Source of the DNA: Asterias rubens
Lineage: Eukaryota
Length of the DNA stretch: 64,000 nucleotides
Direction of reading: 5' to 3'
Assembly (NCBI RefSeq): GCF_902459465.1
Contig: NC_047082.1
Location: 9,052,001 to 9,116,000, forward strand
How positions within the stretch are numbered: position 1 is the stretch's first letter; the number at the start of each line of letters is the position of its first letter. Positions 34,222 to 45,400 of the stretch are shown here, piece by piece. Below the pieces are notes generated by a model. That model saw nothing but the letters and a program-made list of their open reading frames with translations, searched no databases and was not told the origin of the DNA. Made by a program: the position numbers and the translations under genes.

Positions 34222-37200
34222 TTAAGGTGTTTGCTTTTTGATCCGTATCTTCTTCTTTTTTAAATCTGAAACAGAAAATAAACAAATTTGTCAATTGAAA
34301 AACTACTAACTTCTTTCGACTAGCAAATCAATCTTAATTGCTAAGCAAAGTGTAATGTCACAATACTGACCACTCACCTTAAAGGCAGTGGACACTATTG
34401 GTAATTACTCAAAATAATTATCTGCATAAAACCTTTGTTGATTACAAGTAACAGGAAGAGGTTGGTAGTATAAAACATTGTGTTAAACAGCTCCCTCTGA
34501 AGTGATGTAGTTTGCGAGAAAGAAGTAACTTTAGTCAAATTTGATTTCGAGACCTCAAGTTTAGAATTTGAGGTCTCGAAATCAAGCATCAGAAAGCACA
34601 CAACTTCGTGTGACAAGGGTGTTTTTTCTTTCATTATTATCTCGCAAACTCGACGACCGATTGAGCTCAAATTTTAACAGGTGCGTTATTTTATGCATAT
34701 GTTGAGATACACCAAGTGAGAAGACTGGTCTTTGACAATTACCAATAGTGTCCAGTGTCTTTAATAATAATAATACCGACATTGATATTGCACAACACCT
34801 ATATCAATATGAATGTACTTTACTGCTCATTAAAAGAAACACAAAAAATGCAGAGAAAAAAGAAATACAAAAATACACAAACAGATCAAGAATGAACTAA
34901 ATGGTTGAAGTAAACAGATGGGTTTTTAACTTTGATTAAAATACATTAAGTGAAGAAGATTGTCTTATACAATCTTAAGATGAATCTTAGTGCATTGTGA
35001 AATCGGCCCCAGGCTAAATCTGTGTTTGGGACCTGCACTTAAACAAATGGGTGAGCTGCAGTAGCTCCCAAATGGCCCCAGCCTATTACCTTGTTTGGCA
35101 CCTGCACTTTTCCGTTTGACTGATGGGCCTTCTCCCTTAGCGATGCTCGCCTTTGAGTCTGTCTGCATCTCTCTTGTCGGCTTTGATGATGATTCGGTTT
35201 TGGCAGGTCTAACTGCCACGCAGGTCAACCTAGCTGTGGTGTCTAATGATGCTAGCAGAGATGGCTCCCCTAGCTGGCCAATCAAAACACAGAATGAAAG
35301 CGACCATTGTAAGGATTTTGTTGAAGAACTATATCATTGTGTTTGTTGTGCAAAACCATCTCCTAAAAATCTACTTATAATGTCACATGCGAGTTTGAAA
35401 TTGAAAAAAACCCCAGTATTTTACACATAAAAGAGCCAGGATGTACCCACAAAATAAGTATGCGCCAAGATAAATTGTTTTTGCATGGAGCATTTATGGT
35501 GAGATACACTGCTTTTTGCAGAATCTGAAGGGGCAATATACAGGGGCAGTCTCCCTGAATTACTTGAGTTTTTCAAATGTGTTCTTTAAAACTTGGAAAG
35601 AAGGGTTTACTTTTAGGAAACTTTTTGCAGACCCAGAGAGAATCTGTGTTATTGCTTAAAAGTATAAGATTGAGGAAGATTTCTTTTATGTGTATTTGTA
35701 ACTTGTTGGGTTAACAAGATTTAAACATTCCCAACTTCAATGGTGGTCAAGTGAACTTTTGAAATTGAACAAGACATCAAGGTTAAAGGCACTGGACACT
35801 ACTTGGTAATTACTCAAAATAATCGTTAGCATAAAAACTTACTTGGTAACAAGCAATAATGGAGAGCTGTTGATAATATAAAACATTGTGAGAAACGACT
35901 CCCTCCGAAGTTACATAGTTTTTGAGAAAGAGGTACTTTCTCAAGCAAATAATAACAGACTTCAGGCCTGAAGCCTTTTATTAGGCGTCTGAAAGCACGC
36001 AAAGTTGTGCAACAAGGGTAATTCTCTTTTCATTATTCTCTCGCAACTTCGATGACCAATTGATCGTGAGTCCAAATTTTCACAGGTTTGTTATTTGATG
36101 CACACAGTGGTACTACAAGTGAGAATACTGGTATTTAACAATTACCAAAGGTGTCCAGTGCCTTTCGAAGAAGGGCATGTTTTTTAAGCTCACCTCTTCA
36201 ATGTTGACAGACCAAACCTTAAGGAAGCTGTCGCTTGAAACAGAAACCAGCCACATGCAGTTTTCCTTAGGCGGGCTCCTCCGGTCTGGTGTGACTGCCA
36301 GTCCTTTTACTCTGAAGAAGAAATAAAAAAATAAAATAAAAAAATAAAAACCATTAAAAAAAACATTTCAAGAAGGAAAAACTAAAATAATTTTACAAAG
36401 TGTTGAAAAAAATTCAAAGTTCCATGGTGTCCATTTGTGAATTATGCAGAAGTAGACATGGCTGATAACCACTTTCTATGAAAATACAGATACAGTTTTT
36501 TGCAATGACAGTTATCTCAACAAGTAGACAATGTGTTGAGCTGTAACTTCCGAAGATGTCTTTATAATAATGTATCTTTATTGACAATTTGCCCTGAAAA
36601 AAAAATCAGCTTTCGGTTGATTAAAATCAATCTACGAACCTACCTCTAACCCATTTAATAACTTTTCTGAAGTGTTGAGAGTTGCCATGTTAAAATGAAA
36701 AGTCTGTAACTTCATACAGGATAAAACCATCGAATCAATCAAAATCAGGAACAACTTGCCACTGGATTTTGAGATGCTTTCCAGACATTAAAATTTATGC
36801 ATTGACAAGCCAGGGTTGATTTTGTCTCATACCTGTTCTCATGTGCTTTAAATTCACACTTGCATGTCGGCTTTCCTTTGGAGATTTCAAACAGTTGAAT
36901 GGTCTGTCCTTCACCTCCGACGGCTAATATTCGATTCTGATGGAGGAAAATAAAACAACTCTTAATTAAGCCCATGATATTGCTTGTGGTTATATAATTA
37001 TATATCTTTTCTGTACAATTTTCTTTTTAAATCGAAACGGATTGCCATATAAAAACGAAGAAATCACTTATCTCTCAAGAAACCTAGAAAGTGGTTAAAA
37101 TCTACACATGAAACATCTTCACAAAATGAAAGTTTCCACCAATCTTCAAATCCACTTCGTTAAAATTTGAAAAAACAACAACATACCGTGAGAAATGCTA

Positions 37201-40200
37201 CAGCGAGAACTCTCTTTGAACAATCTATTGAACATGTTATCGTTGCCGTGGTGATGTCATAAATATTGATGATACTGTTCAAAATGACGATGTAAAGCTC
37301 TCCGTCCGGTGACCACGACACAAAATCAGCAGCTGTGAATTAATGAAAAGGACAAACACTTATCTATAGAAATGTATTTGTTTCATTTGCAATTGCCTTC
37401 TTCAAGTAACGAGATGGACAGTATAGAGCAAGTTTGAATTTGCATCGGCAATGCTGTATTTTGTGTTTCAGCAGTCTTCAGTCGTTTCTTTTGCAGCCTT
37501 GAAGGATGTACTAGGAGGTTGACAACAATAACGAATCACAATAATAATAATAATAATGAACGGCACTTATATAGCGCTTCACACAACAGTCCCGAAGCGC
37601 TTTACACAAATTAATGAGTAAACATGTAAGTTTTCAGCAGATGTTTGAAAATGTTCTCGTTTGGAGCAGTTCTGATGTTGTGCGGTAAGTTGTTCCAGAG
37701 TGAGAGTGAAGAATATGAGAACGAGCGGTGGCCAAATGACTTTGTGCGAGTGATGTATGGGACTAGTTGAGTGGTAGAGCTAGAGCGGAGGGTACGATGA
37801 GGGACATAGGATGAAGGAGATCTTGAAGATAGTGAGGTGCGGATTGGTGAAGAGATTTGTATGTCAGCAGGAGAAGTTTGAATTCTATGCGTTTGGAGAC
37901 GGGTAACCAATGAAGTGAGCGAAGTACTGGGACGATATGTTGTCGAGGTGATGAGCGGTTGCAAATTATTCTGATATTTTGTTACTGTTATCACCTGGAA
38001 ATAAAGGTTACGCTGAATGAATTGAAATAAAAAGTTTTAAAGCATGTAAGGCTTGCACTTCTTTCTCGATGAAGGGGGGGTACATCAATTTTTCCTCTAG
38101 CAAGGGGCACTTCTAGGAAGAAAGTTTTAATTTGTATTGGAACTTTGCAAAGGGCAGGCACCACAACAATTGATGTGGTTTCATGGGTTATCTGAGGGCC
38201 TGAGCCTGTAACATAAATTGTCGGATGTTGTTTTTTTTACTAACTTGTAGCAGATCTTAAGAGTGTCAGACACTTACACTGCTTCATATTTGTTGTGTAC
38301 GCAACTCTTCCCTTGATGAGGTTCCATGTTCGGAGTGACATGTCATGACCGGCAGACAGAGCCAGCTTTCCTGACGGATGAATGGCTAGTGAGTTTACCC
38401 CACCTCTGTCAAAAAAAACAAAAAACATCAATGTGTGTTCAAAAAAAGTAGGAATATTTAACTGTGTACATTGTACAAGGGCAGGGGTCGATTTCACAAA
38501 AAAATTAGGACTAGTCCTAGGAGATATAAAAAACATATGGGTCGTCCTAAGTTAGAACTAGTAACCCGTCCTAGCTCGAGATAAGACTAGTCTTAACTCT
38601 TTGTGCAATCCACCCCTGACCTAAAAAGTACACATACTGATGTCTTTAACAGACTTCAATCACAATTTATCTGACTTTTCCCAAAAGCAAACTGAAATCA
38701 GACTGAAGTCTAGAAGATCATGCCTGCTATCATAACTACTCCCAAGTCCCAACAACACATTTTTTTTATTGCAGATAATTATTCCCTAATCAGTTACTCA
38801 CTTGTGAGCTCGTAAACTTTTCATTAACTCCCATGAATCTGTATTCCATATACATAGAGTGCCGTCGGTGCTGCTACTCAACATGTGGTTGTCACCATGG
38901 AAACATAAGCTGGTAATCGAACCTGCAAGTAAAGTATTACAAATAAACATATTGAGAAAAAGGAAGACATTTAAAAGACATCTAAAACAAAAATGAAAGG
39001 AAGCACACACTTAACATGGAACCTTGAAGTTGGTCTTAATTTCTGTTTCTGTTTAATGTTGGTCTTTTTCTCTTTGTTTTTTTTCCATTTTCTTTTTGTC
39101 TGTCCCTAGAAACAGAGAATGTGTTTCTAAAGCAGTTAAAGTTTAATGACAATTGCCCTAGCGATGGACTTGGTAGCCCCAGCCCCACTTATGGCAGCTC
39201 TCATGGCTCTGTGGTTTTTTAATATTAAAATAGAAGTGCCCCTGATCAAATTTATGGCCTTGCTCTTTCAAGACTGGTATTCACAGCCTGGCAGTGGCAT
39301 ACAGATAAACAAGCCAACATGTTGCCTTTGTTGCCCCTGGACATTGCCTTGGGTGTCCATTAACATGTTTAAATAGAAATTTACAATTTCCCCACAAAGG
39401 TGCCGTTTCTGCAGGAGAAAAAGCCTTGGGGCTTTTGAAAGAAGCATCCAATGCCAATTTCTACATGTGTAGGATTCATCCTATCTCGAGTTAGGACAAG
39501 TAACTAGTCCTAACTTAGGATTAATCTTAAGGTTTACATGTTACAGTGCAAGGATGGGACTCATCCCAAATCCTAAGATAAATCCTAAGCTAGGAAGAGT
39601 TTGGTGAAATCAACGGCTGGACAGTTAAAGTTGACATTTCATTCTGGTTGTCTTACCAGAATGTTGCAGAAGTGCTCCAAGTTCTCTATTAGTTTTCACG
39701 TTATATAGATGGATTGTTTCATCTGTGCTTCCGGTGGCCAGGAACGTCCTGTTGGCTGCAATTGTCTTGACATAACCAATGTGGGAATTGTCTGTAAACT
39801 TCGCCTTGATCTCAAATGAATCCTGAAATAATAAATTACAGTCATGTTCCGCATTATGATGGGAAGATGAAACAATACAATTCATTAATAATGATTAATG
39901 TGTATTTACTGTGCAGATTCTACAATTAAAAGATAGGTCAAGTCATGCTCATAGTTTCATAAACAGTAAAACAGTTGTGACAATCATAACCCTCCATAGC
40001 AAGTCATGTCAGCAGTCAGGACCTCAACAATGCTCAACAAGACAGTGACCCTGACGTGCCTGAGACAGACACACTACTTTTAGTTTTACAAGTTTTTATT
40101 TTTTCTGAGAGTGAGTGAGAGTACATATTGATTGATATTTCCCTGTTTTACCAAGTTTACTGTTTTTCATTCCAGATTTATAATTATATACATTTAATTT

Positions 40201-40896
40201 TAATGTTTTTAAGAATAGTTTTATTTAATTTAGTTAGTTTTTTTTTTAAGTGTTTACTTTTATTTTTTATCGAAGTTAAATTCTTGTTCGTATAGATTGA
40301 TTGTAATTTTGTATTTTGTATGTGACTTTACTTTGTGAGTTGCGAAAAATAATAATAATGCTTGCTTAACAACCGCACCAGTCATGCTCATGCCACTCAC
40401 CGAGTGCCAGTGGCTATGCATCTTACCTCGTGTGTAATATAACAGAATCAAACTTTTTATGGGACTGGGGTGTGGGGGGGCTGAAAATCACAGTGTGAAA
40501 ATCGAACTTTTTCAACTGGGTGCCGAGTTTGTATTTCTACGTACATGTGCCGAGTTTGTGGGTGCCGAGTTTGCAAGGTGCCGAGGTTGTAAGTGCCGAG
40601 ATTGCAAGGTGCCGAGTTTGCTGGTGCCGAGTTTGCAAGGTGCTGAAGTGACCGGTACCCCATTGCATGCAGTACAGTGTGCGTGTGGTACGGTGAGTCG
40701 ACAGGACAGTCGACTGCAGCAAAAACATCTAGCAATAGCTTGACAAATCAATCAACATACATAACATAATTGACATAGATACTTTTAAACAGACAAACCA
40801 ACTCTTATACCATACCTCATTCTCAATAACTTCATAACCAAGGGTTGTTCTCTCGTAACAGCCAACGAAAATTTCTAAGCACGTGGGGGCTGACAT
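34222..40896 (-). CDS. PAK1IP1: p21-activated kinase-interacting protein 1 (Mak11 orthologue), WD40 60S biogenesis factor
   Basis: Exons 40896-40816 (MSAPTCLEIFVGCYERTTLGY), 39822-39657 (H.GYVKTIAA...LATGSTDETIHLYN), 38922-38802, 38405-38278 (VNSLAIHPSGKLALS), 37332-37187, 36936-36833 (FKAHENR), 36311-36194 (VSVSSDSFLKVW), 35273-35090 (RLTCVAV) and 34265-34222 (basic tail KKKKIRIKKQTP*). Confidence 0.93.
37545..37995 (-). mobile_element. 3' fragment of an L2/CR1-clade LINE; another at 45477-45745, tail remnants ~16545-16600 and ~28780-28920
   Basis: ORF2 C-terminus ...RTLRSS...FGHRSFSYSSLSLWNNLP..IR...FKHLLKTYMF*, followed by a gtaaagcgcttcggg...aagcgctatataa stem-loop tail and (ATT)n. Confidence 0.88.
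40519..40660. repeat. 15-16-bp GTGCCGAG(T)TTG minisatellite, probably a transposon subterminal array
   Basis: gtgccgag at 40520, 40547, 40562, 40578, 40593, 40609 and 40624, variant at 40640; ends in gaagtgaccggtaccc. Confidence 0.85.
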
Positions 40897-41249
40897 CTTG
40901 AATTGGAAAATAAAACTAAATAAGTTGGATTCTTAAATTTGTTTATACAAAATATTTTTCTTTTTTCTTCCTTTTTGAGTATTTTTTTTTGTTTTTAATT
41001 GACTTACATTTTTTTACTTTTATTTTTATAAAAATTATTGATAAATTATGTTACATTTGTTGTTTAAATTAAATAATGTTAATGATTGAGACTGTTATGA
41101 TTATCAACCGTTGAGGGCGTAGTTGCACATGTTTTTCAGGAGCCGAAACTTTTTCGTTTTAGTCAACTGCCGTATACGACCGTCACTCAGCATCAGTACA
41201 GCAACATAGGCCTGTTGTGAAGCTCAAAACTTTCCTCCCATGCTTACCG

Positions 41250-41535
41250 TACCACCATCGGTCGGAACTCAACTCTTGACAGTCCATGGAATAGAGAAAA
41301 CTAAAATTACACACAAATTAAAGGTTCCTTCCAATAAATCATAGAGACTCTATTCATCATTAATGGCCCTGAGCCCGCTTTCACCCTCAAGAAAAATGTC
41401 TGCAACCACGATCGTGCGTGAAGACGACGCTTATTGACGGACATTTTAAACATTTTGGCGCTTGAGTTAACATTTTTATTATGGAACCGTGCTGAACAGT
41501 TGGTGTACAAAACTGTCTGACTTGTTTCGAACGTA
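41250..41535. promoter_or_regulatory. Probable bidirectional promoter for PAK1IP1 and RAE1
   Basis: CpG-richer stretch bracketed by a minus-strand donor (ggtacg|gtaagc, ~41248) and a plus-strand donor (gaac|gtaggt, ~41533). Both first coding exons are preceded by acceptors (40897 and 42417). TSS positions are inferred. Confidence 0.5.
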
Positions 41536-42458
41536 GGTAAAGTGTTGCTGTCTTTCCTTTTAGAATGTTAAGAATGTTTGTTCATTTGTCTGTCTTATGA
41601 GCTTGATATTTTTCTTTCAAATTTGAAAGTAACGAAGAGTAGGCCTAGCTTAACAATAAATTGTTATTTGTTTTTATAAACTCTGTCGTCGTGCGTGTAG
41701 TTGTTAAAAATGTAATAATATTACTAATATAAACTGGTTCACCTACAGAGGTCGCTCTTCATGCTCTTCAACACGACAACAGGACATTTGTAGCCTACTT
41801 CTTTAAGTTCACGTTCTTGATTGTAATGTGGGGTCAGTGTGGGGTCAAGCTCTCTAACCATACTCTGACATTCTGAACTGAACCAACAAAGGATTCAGAT
41901 ATCAGAGCCAGAGAGCATTATTAATAAATATTATTATGAGCATACAAGCAAGAAAATGAGTGATTTGAATTTCGCCCTGTTCGTTATGAATGAGCATGAT
42001 GATGGGTTGTTACCCTCTGGCTTCGTCGTCGGCCGGCAGGAGATTACATTAACAAAACTATTTTTGGGTCACACTTGTTAAAAAAAAAAAAAATGACAAT
42101 TGACGCGCCTGAATCCCCCTGATAACAACTGTGGAACAACAAGTTTTAAATGCACTTTTAAAACAATATTTGAACATCAGTAACTGCCATTAATTATGTA
42201 TCTTTTATATCACCTTCAATTTGTTGAAAAATATGTGTTTGTAATGTACTGTTAAAATTTATAAAGGGTTTTCACCTGGTCTTGGTGCCCCTTCAAAAAT
42301 GGAAGTGCCCTTTGCACAAAGAAAACGGCCTTGCCCATTAAAAGATGAGATTCTAAGCCTGTTTGTGTCATATACCTGAATATTAAACTAACATCTCTTG
42401 TTTTAACTCCCAACAGATTGGTAGAGCTCCCCAATCTCTTCATTTTCAAGTCGGAGGC

Positions 42459-45400
42459 ATGTTTGGTGCAACAACAGGGTTTGGTGCGGCCACCACCGGA
42501 GCGGGAATGTTCGGCCAGACTGCAGCGACAGCTGGGGGTACCCATAACCCTATGAAAGACTTTGAGGTGGCCAATCCACCGGATGACAGTATTAGTTCAC
42601 TTGCGTTTAGCCCAGGAACAGTGCCAACAACTTTCCTTATTGCAGGATCATGGGATAATAATGTGAGTTTTGGTGCATAATGCACGGTGACTGCTCTATA
42701 TATTCCGACACCTATGTTCCAACAACCCTCTCTCTTATCTTAGCTGCTTAGGACTGGGTGTCCCCTGGCTACTTCTAGAAACTATAAGGCTCCCCCGTGA
42801 GCCTTATAGGGGTCTAATATTTTGGGCCTCCTTAACGCTATACGTTTTTCAAATCATTTATTATTAGGTTCGTTGTTGGGAGGTGCAAAACACAGGAGCT
42901 ACGGTACCCAAGGCTCAACAAACACACCAGGGCCCTGTCCTCGACGTCTGCTGGAATGATGTAAGTATGGGGAGGTGTTGGGGTTTAGGAAAGAATAAAT
43001 TTATTTCTAGTTTTAACCTGGGCCCAATTTCATGGCTCTGGTTACTGTAAGCACAGAAACGGCGCTTACAGAAGCAGGGAATTTTGTGCTTACCGCAAGC
43101 GTATTTCACGGGTTAGCGGCAAAAATTTTGCCTAGGCATTCGACGCTTACAAGGCTAGTGCAGAAATTCGCCGCTTGCACGCAGGCGGGAAATTGTGATC
43201 GTAAGTGCAGAATTCGGCGGTAAGCAGAGCCATGAAAATTGGGCTCGGCTACTACGGGGATCATTCATTTTTCCCTTCCATTCTGCAGGGCTCAATTTCA
43301 TAGAGCTGCTTAAGCACAAAATTTTGCTTTAAAAGCAAAACAATCTTTGCTTAGTAAAATCAGATTACCAGCTAAGACTCCACTGAATTGTTATGCTAAG
43401 TAAACAACAGCTAAATACCAGTCACAAGCAATGTATGTGGCATGACATTTTTGCTAGTAACATGTGTAAAACAAGCAGGCTATTTTTCGTGCTTAACGCA
43501 AATTTTTTGCTTAAGCAGCTCTATGAAATTGGCCACTGGCAGGATTATTGTAGCAGAATTCCCGAAATCAAAGCCAAGAGGAAAACAGTTCTGTTTAAAG
43601 CACTGGAACAGGCCACATAGTCAGAATTTGACATGAGGAAGGTGGTTAAAGGGACATCTGAGAATTGTCCTTGAAAAAAATATGGATAGAACAACAAGCA
43701 ATGTCAGCCTTTTTGACAATTTTGAAGCCAGTTTTTATGTTTTTAAGGACAAATCTGTGATGGCCCTATTGACCCAATTTACCTGACATCATCAGAATAA
43801 TCTTGGATGCGCCATACTGGTGGGCAATGACACTCTGTGCGCTATTCTCTGAAGTGCGCATTTTAGGCGACGCAGCGATTACACGTAAACCTTTTGATCA
43901 CCAAAATGGTGAGCGTGGGGCAGTCGCTGCGTGTGACGTGCGTGCAAGGGGTCAATATAGCCATTGTCTTTTTTGTGACAAACTCTTACTGTGTGCCAAA
44001 TTCCATGCCCGTATCGTCAAAGGCATAATGAGAGACTTTTTTGAGCGCTAGGTGGCAGCAGAATACCAGGTGATTCTCTATTGTTCTTGAAAACGCTCAA
44101 AATGACATAAACAATGGAAATTTAACTGGTAAGTCTGCTACCACCTAGCCACAAAAAGTCCCTATATACTTTCCTGTCTGCTATAAACTTTTTAATCAGT
44201 GAGCATCTAGATTTGAACTGATCAAATTTTGTTTTGTGTTATATTTTTTTATATATTTTTTTTAAAGGATGGTACGAAGGTGTTTTCTGCATCTTGTGAC
44301 AAGACCGCCAAGATGTGGGACCTAAACAGCAATCAAGCCATACAAGTTGCTCAGGTAAAGACAGTCGACTAAGTTTGCCTGAACTCTGTCTACTCGATAA
44401 AAGTTGTCTATGCTAGTCGACTATTTGGAACCAGCCTAGAGCAAGTTCAAGCAAGGGACTATAGTTGACTATTGTCGACCATTTGGCGCAGTTTTGCCTG
44501 GTACCCATGATGTATTGCAGGCATTGTCATGGTAACCATGGAACATTGACGAGTGGTTGACAGATGTTCACTGCTCAAAGTTGCCCCTAGTGGGTGTTTT
44601 GACCCTAGCAGAGTCTTTCTCGAAGGTTAAATGACAAAACACAACAATTATTACCAGTTCACTAAGTGAACAATGAGTGGAAATACATGAATGGAGTCTC
44701 TGCTAGGGTTGAAACGTCAGGCCATTAGCTATTTTTTGCTTGATGAATATTATTAATTTTGCGCCGTTTTTATATCAGTCAGCCCTTCGAATCTGTAAAT
44801 CTGTTGTTTGATTGTTGACGGTCGTTGTTTGATCTTCCTCTTCCAGCACGATGCACCGATTAAAACCATCCATTACATCAAAGCTCCCAATTACTCGTGT
44901 ATCATGACAGGTAGCTGGGATAAAACACTCAAGGTAGGTGTTTTACACTCATGCTTGAGATGCTCATGCTTTTTTCCTGATTTCAGTTTGTTATTGAAAT
45001 TGTCTTAAAGACCCTGGTCGCTATTGGTAATTGTCAAAGACCAGTCTTCTCACTTGGTGTATCTTAACTTATGCATAAAATAACAAACCTGTGAAAATTT
45101 GAACTCAATTGGTCGTAGAAGTCGCGAGATAATAATGGACGAAAAAACACCCTTGTCACCCGAAGTTGTGTGCTCTCAGATGCTTGATTTGGAGACCTCA
45201 AAATCAAATTCTGAGGTCTCGAAATCAAATTCAAATACTTTAGTGGAAAATTACTTCTTTCTCAAAAACTACGTTATATCAGAGGGAGCTGTTTCTCACA
45301 ATGTTTTATACTATCAACAGCTCTCCATTGCTTGTTACCAAGTAAGTTTTTATGCTAACAATAATTTGGAGTAATTACCAATACTGTTCAGTGCCTTTAA

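Noticed and set aside
34395-34670. Recurrent ...[15 protein letters not shown]... ORFs as a transposase or small gene family
   Set aside because: They arise from the internal palindrome of MITE family C, vary in frame and length between copies, and have no DDE-like features.
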